A stretch of DNA of 64,000 nt from the human T2T-CHM13v2.0 reference genome, Homo sapiens, in the NCBI RefSeq assembly GCF_009914755.1, contig NC_060935.1; one strand, given 5' to 3'. Every line of letters begins with the position of its first letter. Position 1 is the first letter of the stretch. A program made the position numbers and the translations under genes. Under the pieces are notes generated by a model. It had not been told where the DNA came from. It ran no database searches and saw only the letters and a program-made list of their open reading frames with translations. Positions 25,666 to 39,120 of this stretch are shown in pieces.

Positions 25666-28600
25666 GTGAGTCAGAGCGCTTGTCACGAAGCTGCCTCTTC
25701 ATCATTAGAAATGCCCACCTGTTACTTATGAATGATATTAACACCATTATGACAAGGGATGCTTGTGGGCTCCTCTGGTTTTGTTTTCCTTTATGTTGCT
25801 CAGTGGTTGCCTAGACTTGAGGATGCTAAGGACTCACTCCAAGAATGTGGATTCAACCATACCAGCCACCTCTGCAAGACCCTGAGAGGGTAGTGAAGGG
25901 GAAGCTGTCCTATTTGAGAAAGACTTGCTTAAACAATGCTGATTTGATTCACCTGTCTAGTAATTCAGTTAATTATCAAGTCAGGCCTCATCTATGGGAG
26001 AGAGCATGCTTCACCACAGAGCATATTTCAGCTGTACAGTTCCCAGGGAAAAATGCTTAATCCTTATCTCTTTTATTCGAGGAAGCAGCACTTTTTCTTG
26101 CTCTTAAAAAAGCATGTGATTTATTAATGCAATGCTGTATTTTTACATTGTGATTAGTTTTTAATTAAATTTGGTGGCTAATTAGCACATGAGTGTTCAC
26201 CAGTGTTTTGCTATTAAATTAGTTATTGGTCTGGAGATGGCTGGTTCGAATTCTCAGCCACCTCAGACAACAAGTCAGCCTGAAACTTTCACGCTCTCTC
26301 CTGTTTGTAAATACAAGCAGCTGCCAGCTCAGAGCTGCCATAGGCCCAGGCATCCTCCCAAGCTCATTAGGCTGCACCTGCCTCCAGTTTTCCCAGAACA
26401 GGTAAAGCAGTTTGGGCTTCAGATGATAGCACCTTTCCCTAGTGAGACTGCTTTTTGAAAGGAGGCCTGTTAGCATGGACTCTGGTGGTCAGAGTGGGGC
26501 AGAGAAGAACAATGAGGAAGGAAACAGCCAAATTGAGCAGGTAAGTTTGCAAGCATGATGGATTCCATCTGGGACCTGTTCCTTGCCTTTGCTCTGCTAC
26601 ACGGTGAAAGCTTGGTTTTCCTGGCTGCGTTTCTGAGTGGTAGTCTCTCCTGGTATTGGGGGTGGGTGGTATAAATGACCACTATTAATGCCTCGTGGAT
26701 GTATTGCGTCTCTGAGTGGGACTGTAGGAATTCCTCAGTTAATAACTCTGATGTGCTGGACCTGTTCCCAGTCAGGCACGGCCACACTGCTTCCAGAGTT
26801 CGCAGAAGCAGTTGTCGTGTGGTCAGTCCTAATCCCAGAAGATTCCCCAGCCCTGGGGTACGGACCCTCATCCATGGGGATAAGATCAGGGCTGGCTGAC
26901 ATGTGGAATATGCTTTGCTGGGGGGTGGGGGTTTGCTGGGAGTAGGAAGATGCAAATTCCCATTCAGAGGAGCACATGATTTCCTCCTGGTAGAGAGTTC
27001 TTGTGCTGGCTGGTAGGTGGCAGGGCATACTCGTCCTAGTTTCTGGGAGTGCTTGAACTCCTGGGACAGGCCTGTGTCCCCCAGCAGAGCACCAGCAGGG
27101 ACTTTTACAGAGGTGTGTTTGGCAGCAAGTGGCAGCAGGGCCTCTTGGGTATGCAGACTCTGCAGGCCTGCTTCATCCTGCCTGGCTGGTAGTGACCCCT
27201 GGCTACTCAGCCATCTACCCATTGGCCTGACTTCTGCCTCATTTGTTCTCCCCATCTGTCCCATCCTCTCTGTACCCCAAGGCATAGAGAATCTATGCAA
27301 TAAGTATTTGTTGAAAGAACAAGTACCAATTGTACTTTGCAGGATTTTATCTGTATTGGCTTCAGTTCTCACAACTAAAGTTGGAGTTTATAACAGCCTC
27401 AGTTTATAGATGAAGAAACTTTGGTTTAAAGAGGTTATGAGCGGCATCCCTGAAGCATGTAGCTAGAGAGTGGCAGAGCCAGGATTTACACCCAGTTCTG
27501 TGTGATTTCAGAGCTCATGATTATGGCGTCTTCTGGGATAGAGGTGGATAAAATCTAGGTATGCCATATAAAGGTAAAAGAAATGAGGTTTAAACTCTTT
27601 GTCACCTGGAGCATTGCTTCAGAAGATGTTATAGCCCATGGAGGCACATCATGCAGAAAGACACTCAGCTGTCTGCCCCTTTTTGACATTGAGATGACCC
27701 TTGGAGGCTCTGAGCATGGAAGAGCATACCATAGCCAGTGTGCTGTGGTATCAAGCCATTGTGGTACAACCATGAAGGAGTTTTGTGGTATTTCAATAAC
27801 TGCCTTAACTGTGCTATGTTGAACCCCCATCCTTCCTGCTGGGTCAAGACTCACTTAATGATATTTTGGCCAGGATATATAACTCTGTAGTCATCTTCAA
27901 GTTGTTACAATTACTTGATGCCCATATTTATGACTCAGTGACGGTCATTTTTAAACTTCAATCTCAGACTCTACTCAAAGCTCTTTACCCTCATTCCTTC
28001 CAGTGTAAATGGCTTTAGGAGTTTGAAGAGAGATGGGGGCATGCCGGCGTGACTTTCTCTCCTTTCCCCTTCCCATGTTCTTGTGCCAGAGCCCCCAGGA
28101 TTGAGGCAGCACAGAGGAAGCAGAGTTCTGCTGCTGGGGAAGGTGCTGTCCTCAGTATACATCACTGCCACTGTCTCAGCTGGTAGTCTCAGCAGGCCCT
28201 GCTGACCAGGACTTACTCCCATGTAGCTCCCGGGGCACTAGTGGTCTTCTGTGAGACTTGGCCAGATCTTTCACCTCAGTCTTATGATCCCTCCGGTACC
28301 TACCATAGGACTAGCAGGAACGTGTGGGCTCCATTTTCCACTTGCAGTGGGTGGAACTGCAAGGCCTCCTGTCACCTGGCAGCAGTCCCCCACCAGACAG
28401 TCTCTCTCCGGTTCTTTTCCTCATTCAGGTGGCCAAGAGGCAGATCAGCCGAGTCTCTGCTAAGCGGATGTCCAATTTGGGACTGGAATGCCAGGCCCTC
28501 CTTCTTGCCAGCACCCCCACTTTGAGCGATTCTTAGAGCTACCACTCCCTTGACTTCAAGGGGCCCAAGGACTCTGCTGCCTTGCCTCCTTGGTGAGGGG

Positions 28601-31542
28601 AGGAAAATATCCTTTCTCCATGATCATCAAACATTGTCTCCCCAAAATGACATTCTGTCATCTAGATCTTCTTATATTTTTTGGAGGTTGGGGAGTGATG
28701 AAGATATGAGTGTTAAAAATGTGAACTGCTGCATTCCTTTGGAAAAGTGGCCCCAACGTCTGCCACATTCTCAAACTTACAAAAAGCAAGGGTACTTACA
28801 GCCTTTAATCCTCAAATTTGGCCTTATTCATAATTTCAGGGTACAGGCAATATCTCACTTGACATCATGTTACATTACAGGGATAGATTTATTGAGAACT
28901 TACCACATGTCAGTCACTGAGCTAAGTGCTGTGCATATTTATATCTTATTTAGTACCCCCAGCAACCTTATGGGGTCAGTATTAGTATTATCCCCCTCAT
29001 GCAGATGAGCAAACCAAGGCCCAAAGAGATTAAGCTACACATTATAAAAAGGAGGCCCACAAGATCAGCAGTGGCTAAACTACCCACATCTGCTGATTCA
29101 AAGGCCTGGTGTGTGCTACTGCACATTACTGCCTATGTTTCTATCCACCTGCATAACTACTAGCAAAGCAGTGTGGTGTATTAAAAAGTAATGCAGATTT
29201 AATGCTTTTTGTTCTCCTTTTGAAGATGACTGAGTGCCCTGAGGCTCCTTCTCTGATGAAGAAAACATCAGCAGTTGGAAGGCCCCATAGATACATCTCC
29301 ACCCTTTCCCAGTCTAAAGCTGGGTTTGCACTCAGGAGGGTGTATGCACCTGTCCTCAAAGCATTTCAGCAGCTCAGGCCTGCCCCGACCCGCCTGCTAG
29401 AGAGCCACAGGGAGCCTTTGTTCTAGGGCACAGACGGCGGATGCTTGGGGGCAGAGGCTGCAGGCCTGAGTGAGCCCCATGGAGGTGCTGCTGGTTTGGG
29501 GAACTTCCCTGGACTAGGCCTCCCTGCCCTGTCAGTTTTCCTGAAGATTGAACCCATCTATTTGCTCTTGGAGATGTGCCAGAGTCCTGTGAGCTTGGGC
29601 CTCCCTTTGCCCTGGGGTGGTGTTCAAGATCCCCCACCAACCCTTCCCCAGAACACACCACCTGTCACAGCCATCTGTAAAACTGCCCCTGTGAGGAAGG
29701 ATGGCCTTTATTTCTGGCCATTTTGAGAACACCTGGGGTTTGTGCTATCTGGCCCTGAGCCCATCCTCCTGCAATGGAGAAATGGAGGTTGGGGAGTAAG
29801 GCATATTCTATCTAGTTCAGCAAATGTTTCCTGGGCACATCCTGTATGCCAGGCCCAGTGCTAGGCACTAGGGTACACCAGTGATCAAGCCAGTCATATT
29901 AAACTAACCTTGATTCCAGTTAATAAGACAGAGCTGTGTTAGTGGTAAGCACAGGATCCGGTGGTGACCAAAGACAGGCAAATCAACTTTTGCTGGGGCT
30001 CTCAGTGGGGCTACACAGAAGTGGGACATTTCCCCCCAGATTTCATGGGATGAATAGACATTTGCCAGACAGAAAAGGAAGGTGAAAGGAAATCTAGACA
30101 GAAGATCAGGCATAGGTAATATTAATATGATGGGGGGAAACCTTGCAGACATTGGATAAACAAAAGTAGGAACATCCTTCCAGGTGGAAGGAGTGTATGC
30201 TTTGAAGTGAAACCACTTGCTGATTTGATTAGCTTAGTCCTGGGTTTGCTGCCCTGATGGCCAGAGAGATCTAGGTACTGAGTTTTCTCCTCCTTTCATC
30301 CCAAGCTAGAAAGCAGGAGGTCTTTCTGGACCCGTACGGTGAAAGCAGCAGGTGGAACATTTCCATTTCCTCCTACCTATATTACCTGAGTATGGCATTG
30401 ACTGAGACCTTCAGTTTCTGTTTCTTAGCAGAAGGGTCCCCATAGGCTCTGCTCCCATCCTCTCATCCCACTTCTCCTGTGGGTAGAGTGATTGGCAGAC
30501 TTGGAGAGCAGCAAGAACACAGAGGGCTGTTGAGTGGAGGGGCAAGTTAAGTGGTGAATGCTGATTATGCAGCCGGCCCAACTGCAGGGACAATGCTGCA
30601 GAATCCACAGTCCTTAATCAGCTGGGTAAACCTCACACAACCATGGCTCAAAGGAATTGAATAGGAGTTCTGCAGCTCTGTGGTTTGCACAGCCCTCCCT
30701 TTGGCTTTGAATCCCTTATACCCTACAAAGCAGGTTTCTTTGTATTAGATTATTTCAGCACTTGTGCCATGTAAACCAAGCCTGAAGTTTCTCTTTAAAA
30801 ATGTTGAAAGAAAATAACTCCTATTTATCTTACTCTTCATGCCTGACATTACCCACAGCATCTATGCAGATTAGGACCAGCCAGTGGGAAGAAAGCGATT
30901 AGTCAGAACCCAAAGAAAGTGGAGTCAAGGCAATACTAATTCAAATAGAAATTGGAATATGAGAATATGGCCCATGCAATTTGCTTTTCTGTTGCCACAA
31001 GAGTGGCCACAGGAAGAGAAAGAACAGGGCTCCAGGTTGGGTTTAGCCACAACTGGCTAGTGTCTCCTCAGGCAAGTCAGTTCTCTCTACATCTACATGT
31101 TTTTCCTTCTCTAGAACTCCAGAAAGTGAGGTTAATCAGATACAAAATAGTAACTCCTTTTCCAAAGCCTTGGGGAATGTCATGAGGGAAACATTCTTGT
31201 GGGGCTTTGGGGTTTTTTTTAGGCTTCCTGTGGAGCTGGCTTACCAAGCCTCATGGAACACAGACAAATACCATTTGGAAATATGGAAAGAATATAATTC
31301 TAGCTATTTTAGATACTGTCTGCTATAGACCACCCATGGTAGAAACTGTGTGGCTGTCAGCACATTCAGCACTCTTGAGTTTTTGTAATCTGAAAAGAAA
31401 ATTAAACAGTTATAATGTCCATCAATTGGTGAATGGATAAACAAAATATGGTGTATCTATATGATGGGAATGTAAAAACTGACAAATGCTCTAACATCGA
31501 TGAACCTTAAAACAGTATGTTAAGTAAAAGAAGCCAGTTGCA

Positions 31543-31838
<296 letters not shown>

Positions 31839-31858
31839 TAGATGCAAAAATCTATATA

Positions 31859-32212
31859 CAGATGCTCCTCAACTTACTGTAGGGTTATGTCCTGATAAAC
31901 CCACCATAAGTTGAAAATAAATGCATTTAATACATCTAACCTACTGAACATCATAGCTCAGCCTAACCTACCTTAAATGTGCTCAGAACACTTACATTAG
32001 CCTATAGTTGGGCAAAATCATCCAACACACAGCCTGTGTTATAATAAGGTGTTGAATATTATATGTAATTTATTGAATACCATACCAAAAGTGAAAAACA
32101 GAATGGCTGTATGGGTACTTGAAGTACAGTTTCTACTGAATGCCTATTGCTTGCACACCATAGTGAAGGTGAAAAATTGTAAGTAAAACCATCACAAGTT
32201 GGGGACCATCTG
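31859..32212. mobile_element. Tigger3a-like MITE
   Basis: TIRs cagatgctcctcaactt.../...aagttggggaccatctg with TA on both sides; about 354 bp. Confidence 0.85.
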
Positions 32213-32686
32213 TATTGCATGATTCTATTTATGCGAAATATCCAGAAAAGGCAAATCTGTAGAAACAGAAAGCAGATTAGTGGTTGCCTGGGAGTGGGTT
32301 TGGGGATTGATTGTAAATGAGCACAAGGAATCTTTTTAGGATGATAGAAATATTTTAAATCTAGAATTTGCTAAATTTACTAAATATCATTAGATTGTAT
32401 ACTTAATTTTATGAAATTATAACTCAGTAAAACTGTTTTTAAAACCAGAAAGATTACCATTGAGTTTTCTCTAATGTTAGATCATTCGTGGTTTTCCTTT
32501 CTGGACACCAGCGACTGTGGCACACAGGGGATGAGCAGAGAGAATGGACCACTTCTTAGGCTTCCTTTGGGTGAAGAGCTCTGTGGTGGGTTCTGAGGAG
32601 GCTGCAGGTAGAATGGCCACATTTTCTCAGCCAAAAAAGGGAAGTACAGAGTCGGGAAGTATCCTAGGTGCACTCAGTTTCTTATG

Positions 32687-32993
<307 letters not shown>

Positions 32994-33516
32994 TCATTTT
33001 CTCATTTAATCTTCAATTAACTTTCATAACAATCCTACAGGAAAGGTACAGTAGGACATATGCCCATTTTAAAGAAGAAAACTGAGGCTCAGAGAGATTG
33101 AATCCTGTAAAATCTCAAAGTGTATAAACGATGGACTGTAGAGATTTAACCACAAGATTTTCTGGCTCCAAAAAATGAGAGCTGTTTGTTATAAAAATGC
33201 TGCCTCCTAAGAGGAAATATATTTATTGGAGGAGCACTGTAGTCTCTGACAAATGAAAAAAATGGTTTAGGGAACAATGGCCATTCTGATCAATAAATGA
33301 CTAAATGACAATGGTAGGTAGAGAATACAACAGGACTGATGCTGTTTGCACTGGGATTGGGCTGGTAGGTTATGGAGGGAGCTGATGTGAACGTGCCTAC
33401 TTTTTACAGTGGATGACCCCTGATCCTCCAGGTATGCTGAATTGTTAGTTCCTCTCCTGTTTTTTCTTGCATGGTTAAAAAAAAAAATGCATCACAGAAT
33501 ATTTGACATCCCAGAA

Positions 33517-33707
33517 AAATAAAGAATACTCAAATGCCTACCAGCTAGGATTTTACTTATTTATTTATTTATTTTATAAAATAAACATTAAATATATTTA
33601 TATATATTTATATATTTATTTATCAATAAAAAATATTTATTTATTTAAATAAAGAATACTCAAATGCCTACCAGCTAGCATTTATTTTATTTATTAAAAT
33701 AAAACAT
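33517..33707 (+). repeat. Direct repeat (32-bp identical core) around an AT-only low-complexity spacer
   Basis: aaataaagaatactcaaatgcctaccagctag at 33517-33548 and 33647-33678. Confidence 0.9.
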
Positions 33708-33729
33708 GATGGCTATACAAGTAAGTCAA

Positions 33730-33950
33730 GTTACACAGTGTTAGGAAACTGGACCCTGAGTCGGAAAACCTAGATTCAAATCCCAGCTCCAGTGTTTATG
33801 ACCTTGGACAAGTCATAAAACCTTTCTGAGCTTCTGTTTCCCCTTATGTGAAAGAGGGATAATCCTACTCACTTCCCATATTGTAAGGATTAAATGAGAT
33901 CATGCATATAAAGAGCTTAGCCTGATACACACTGGTTAATAATAGCTCTT
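33730..33950 (+). mobile_element. MIR
   Basis: acctagattcaaatcccagctcc...gaccttggacaagtca...gattaaatgagatcatgcatataaagagcttag. Confidence 0.8.
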
Positions 33951-34102
33951 ATTGTTATAAACTATATGACTTGATAACTGTAAAAGGCACTAAAAGTAAA
34001 TCTTACATAGATTTCATCTATCCCCATAATTAGCAGTGCTTTCTCCCTCCAGTGAATTCAGTTTTGAGGGGAAATTGTTTTCTTAACTTTAATAGACACT
34101 AA

Positions 34103-34464
<362 letters not shown>

Positions 34465-36561
34465 GGCTTATCTTGATTCTGTCCCTAGCTCTTGTCACTG
34501 CCCAGTTGGGTGACTATAGATATGTCACTTCACCTTGTGGGCCTTTGTTTTCCCATAAGTAAAGTGAGTAGCCAGCTGAATTATTTCATCCAAGCCTCAC
34601 ACTCTGTGATTCTCATGTACCACTGAGAACATTTGGAAGCAGAAGTGGAACATGCTACAGGTGTGTGGCTCTCATTTGGTTTCCTTAGTGTGGGGAAGGA
34701 AGCATGGCTGAAGGATTAAAGCTGAATTACCAAAAGAGACTGAGGGGCTGGCCCACCCCTTGGACATTTCTCTGCTTCACACATCACACAGAGTGGTTTA
34801 TAAGCAGTGACTTTGCATCCTGACTTGTCCACATCAGTCCTGGCTATCAACTGTGGTCCTGGTATAATTAAGAGCTCCCCACTCCCTGGCTTTCATTCTC
34901 AGAAGCGTCATAGTTAGCACAATAGGTTAAAAGGTCACCATAGTAAAAACTGTCATTTTTAAGGTATGAAGCTGGAGCTGTATGAGAATCTCATTCAGGA
35001 TTCTGGGGCTATAGTCATATAATAACCAAGATGAATGAAGGACTTCACTGTTTAAAGTGTGCTTTTGCCTAAGTGCTCCCATTAGTTCTGCAAAACAACC
35101 TTGTGCAGTGGGGCAAAGCGGTGTCCGTATTGCCCTTTTACTGAGGCCCGGAGACATTAAGTGACTTGCCTGGGGTTGCACAACTAAGAAGTGGTAAGAA
35201 TACAGATTGGAACTCACGGCTTAGGTTTTCCAAATGCTATGCTCCTGTCTACTTTGTCCTGTGATCAGAATCTGCTAGCTCCCAAAGTAGGGTGTGAAGG
35301 CTGGATTCTAGAAGTTCGTATTGTCAGTTTCTTCAGAGCCTGGAGAAAGGGATGCTCCAAGGGAAATAATTCAGCCTGACCTAATCAGCAAATCACACTG
35401 GGGGGAAGGCACTGGCAGGGCGCACTTCCTCCTCTGCGTGGAAAGGAGCTTGCTTCTGAAAGGACTCCATTCATACTTTCTGCCCCCCAACTAAGCCTTG
35501 GAGGAAACTCTTGTTCCTTCACTAGCAGCCTCTTTCCCAGCCCGGGGCTAACCTGTAAGTGTGCATTACCTACCCCTCTAACAAGGCCTTTGAAGCTTTC
35601 TTGCTTCACGTCTGCCTTTTCCCCCTTGCCAGTTAAGAAAAACCCATCCTAGGATGACAGGAAAGCAGAGAGTGTTGAGTAAGTTTGCCCCCAAGGTTCC
35701 CTTTCCTCTGTCCCTCACGCTCAGTAGCCCCAGAACTTCACTCTCAGGATCTGCTCAGACTCTGGCCATCTGCATCTAGCGTTAACTGCATAGAAAGGAG
35801 GGATCTCCCAAGGAGAAGCCCCTCGTGAGCCATAGCCTTTGCCTGTGAATAAATATTTTATTCTCCTCTGCAACTCTTTATGCATACTTTGAGGCAAATG
35901 CATTTTAACATTGAAAAATACTGTCTGGAATAAAAACAAAAATTTGTTCCCACTCTGTTCTAATTTCTTTTAATGTAGGGAATATTTTGTATGAGTCCAT
36001 TATGGAAGCAAGTCCTTCTAGCCTACCCTATACCCACCCCAAATTAGAGTTATCTGTTCAGCAGATGGGGGACACAGAGCCACGTATTTGAGAGTAGGAC
36101 GACTGGGGAAAGCAGAGCGCAGATCATGGAGTGGGACAGCAGCCACTTGGCACACTCACTGTGGCTTGAAGCTTAGAACATGGACTTGGCAGAAGCCAAG
36201 TGCACTGTGAAGACCCATGAGCTTCCCCCAGTGCCAGAGTTCCTCCATCCCCTGCCTGTAGAACAAGCACGGTCTTGCTCGAGACGCTTGCTTTTTCATT
36301 GGTGTCCTTACTGAGAATTTCCTCTTGGCACCTACCAGACATCCAGTTGCACTTGCCTCCTGTATCCACTCCAATCCTAATGGCGAGAATAAGCTAATTT
36401 CTTTGTGGTATAGGCCTGATTTTAATTGCCTGTGATACCAATGAAGTGTTCAGGAAGCCTGTCATATCCTAAAGAAATCAAACTCACGTGCCGACTGAAA
36501 CAGCCCATTGAACAGGAAGAAGAGCTCCCCATCTGACAAGAGTCTCTTTATTGTCTTGCAG

Positions 36562-36820
36562 AGATCAGGAATGGAAACCTCAAGGCCATTCTAGGCCTCT
36601 TCTTCAGCCTCTCCCGATACAAGCAGCAGCAGCAGCAGCCCCAGAAGCAGCACCTCTCCTCACCTCTGCCGCCCGCCGTATCCCAGGTGGCCGGGGCCCC
36701 CTCCCAGTGCCAGGCTGGCACCCCTCAGCAGCAGGTGCCAGTCACTCCCCAAGCCCCGTGCCAGCCTCACCAGCCAGCACCACATCAGCAGTCAAAAGCA
36801 CAAGCTGAAATGCAGTCCAG
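36562..36820 (+). CDS. NAV2: NAV2 coding exon (259 nt): EIRNGNLKAILGLFFSLSRYKQQQQQPQKQHLSSPLPPAVSQ...QAEMQS; end of CH domain plus Q/P-rich linker
   Basis: Acceptor ctttattgtcttgcag ends at 36561 and donor AG|gtgggg starts at 36821. Phase 1 in, phase 2 out, no stops. Contains the CH-domain motif GNLKAILGLFFSL. Confidence 0.95.
36624..36638 (+). repeat. (CAG)5 coding polyQ
   Basis: Direct read within the NAV2 exon. Confidence 0.9.
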
Positions 36821-38299
36821 GTGGGGGCTCCTTGCCAACTGATGGTTCTGTTTTTCAGGCACCTTCCTCCACCCCAACCAATCTCTAGGCTATCCTGTAT
36901 GGCTTTTTCATTTGTGCTTCTTCAATGCTGAGAGCTACTGGTGGTTAGTGGGAAATTAGCATGGCCTTGAAATGCATGCAGTGAGGAGCCCTTCTTGTGT
37001 CTGGCAGAGATGTATACTTTTATAGGTCAGAATTGCCAGCAGCCAAAGCTAATTACCTGCTCCTGCTATTACTCCGGCCTATTACACACATGCTCGTAGA
37101 CAATAAACAGCCCCTAAAATAGACTTCAAACACCTTTTGTGTGTCTCCCTACAAGCTGAATGTTCACTGTTATAAATGAGAGTAGTTTTACTTAGTGGAG
37201 GTAAAAGTTCTATTCCTGTGGATGCCTCTGCTTTGCCAGAACAGAAATATAGAGGGCACCAAAGAAAGGTGGCAAGGGAAGGAGGCAGCCATCCCTGAGC
37301 GGGGCAGTATCGCCTAACGGGAGCAGTTACCATTAAATGTGACTGTGTTGTGTTGAACTGAGATGGGGAGAGTCCCACAATGCAGGAGTAATCTGCAGGG
37401 TTGGGGTCTGGATTTTGTTCCCAGGGGGACTGACGTTTGCCAGTCATACTCACCAGGTACAAGCCAATTGCCACTGTAGTTACCCTCTACTGTGCTACAG
37501 TGGAAATAACATCACCCTGTAAAACTTTTGTCTTAATGGTAGAAAAAAAAGGAAGACTTTAGGAACTAGAGTTTTTGACTTGAGGTCAAGTTCTACAGAA
37601 AAGTTCATACTGTTTTCTTTTAAGCCACAAGACTTCAGCTATAAACCCTAAATGTCACTGATCAGATTGATTGCTTGATTTCATCCAATATGTGCTGAAG
37701 AGTAATGGCCTTTTCTTTTCATTCCCCCAAAGCACCAGCATTAATAATCATAAGGCTTCTCACACACCTTGATATACCTTTTATTACCCATTTAGTTGGA
37801 CAGAGCACAAAGCCGCTCAAACACAGCTGCTGCCTTTTAGACAGTTACAGCCTTCTTTTTTCCCCATGAGAAGTGCTATTTCCCAGTTGTGATGATGTTA
37901 AAACCAGCACTGATGGGTGTAATGCAAATCAGGTCCCATAATTAATTATCTATTTATATCCAGTTTGCATTGTGGGAATTTGTGGGGTGGGAGAGATGCC
38001 TGGACTAGCAATGAGGAACAGACAGCCTTATCAGCCATTTGCCAAACCCTTTCCCTGGAGAACTGCCTGAGTGGGAGTCACTCCCAGTCAGAGCTTCCCT
38101 GATGGACATGGGTTATTTAAATGATCAGGGCGTCATTTCCCAGACTGCATTCTGCTGAGTGCTCATTCCCTGGGATGTTAACTTGGGTCATATTGCAGTT
38201 CTGTGGGGGGAAAATATTGGGAGATAATTTGGGTTAAATTGCTATATGGCTCTCATTGTAGGTCTACTGAGATCCTTGAACCTGCCAATATGCATTTGT

Positions 38300-39120
38300 T
38301 TATTTAATTGGTATTAAGCCTCCCACATGCCAGACACTGTTCTAGGCACTTGGGAGTCAAGAATGAATGAGATTGCCGAGGTGCCTGCTCTCCTATGCTC
38401 CTAGAGGAGGCAGGCAAACAAGCACATGAACAGGAAAGGGAGCTATCAGATAGTGGTGAGTATTATAATAAGATGATGGGATTCAGAGGGGCTGGGTTGC
38501 TAATTTAGGTTTGGTTGATAGAAAGGTCTCTCTCAGGACATGAAGGGTAAGCTTGGTGTGTTGGAAGAGCATAAACAAGGTTATTATAGCTTAGTAGGGG
38601 AGGAGAGGGATCAGTGATAAGGTAGTTTGGAAGGAGAGAGGGCTGCTACCATTTATGTGGATGACAGTGTGACCTGTGGTCCCTGGAGTTGCACATTGCT
38701 GTGGCACTCAGGCCCCGTCATAGAGTACCAGTTAAACTGGATAGGGTTTGGACTCCATTCTAAGGGTGACAGGAAGCCATGGGAAAGTCTTAAAGTAGTA
38801 GAAAGACTGGATCTGATTGGCAGGTCAAAAAATCCACCTTTGCTTCTCTTTGGAGAATGAGATTGTGGAGGAGCAAGAATGGAAGGAAGGACCTCAGTTG
38901 AGAGGACTTTGCAATCCTACAGATGAGTTGGGCCAAGGTAATAGAAGCAAAAATGGAGATGGACTAATTCTGAATCCTTAGGGGGTTGAGCCAAGAGGCC
39001 TGCAAACAGATTAACTCTCGGGAATAATGGAAAGAGAGGAATCACAGATAAAGCCTAGATTCCTGGTTTGAACAGTTAAGTAAGTGGTGGTATTATTCTT
39101 TGAGATGAGGAAGCCCAGGA
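38300..39120 (-). mobile_element. L2 fragment
   Basis: atgccagacactgttctaggcact...ggaagccatgggaaag...gcctagattcctggtttgaacag...gtggtggtatt. Confidence 0.7.

Noticed and set aside
25667-25673. AP-1 site TGAGTCA at two donors (also 49287-49293)
   Set aside because: Largely a by-product of the GTGAGT splice donor consensus.
36624-36638. (CAG)5 as an expansion-prone repeat
   Set aside because: Too short to expect meaningful instability.
36551-36808. ORF with poly-Ala
   Set aside because: Shifted frame of the real NAV2 exon over the CAG repeat; non-ATG start.
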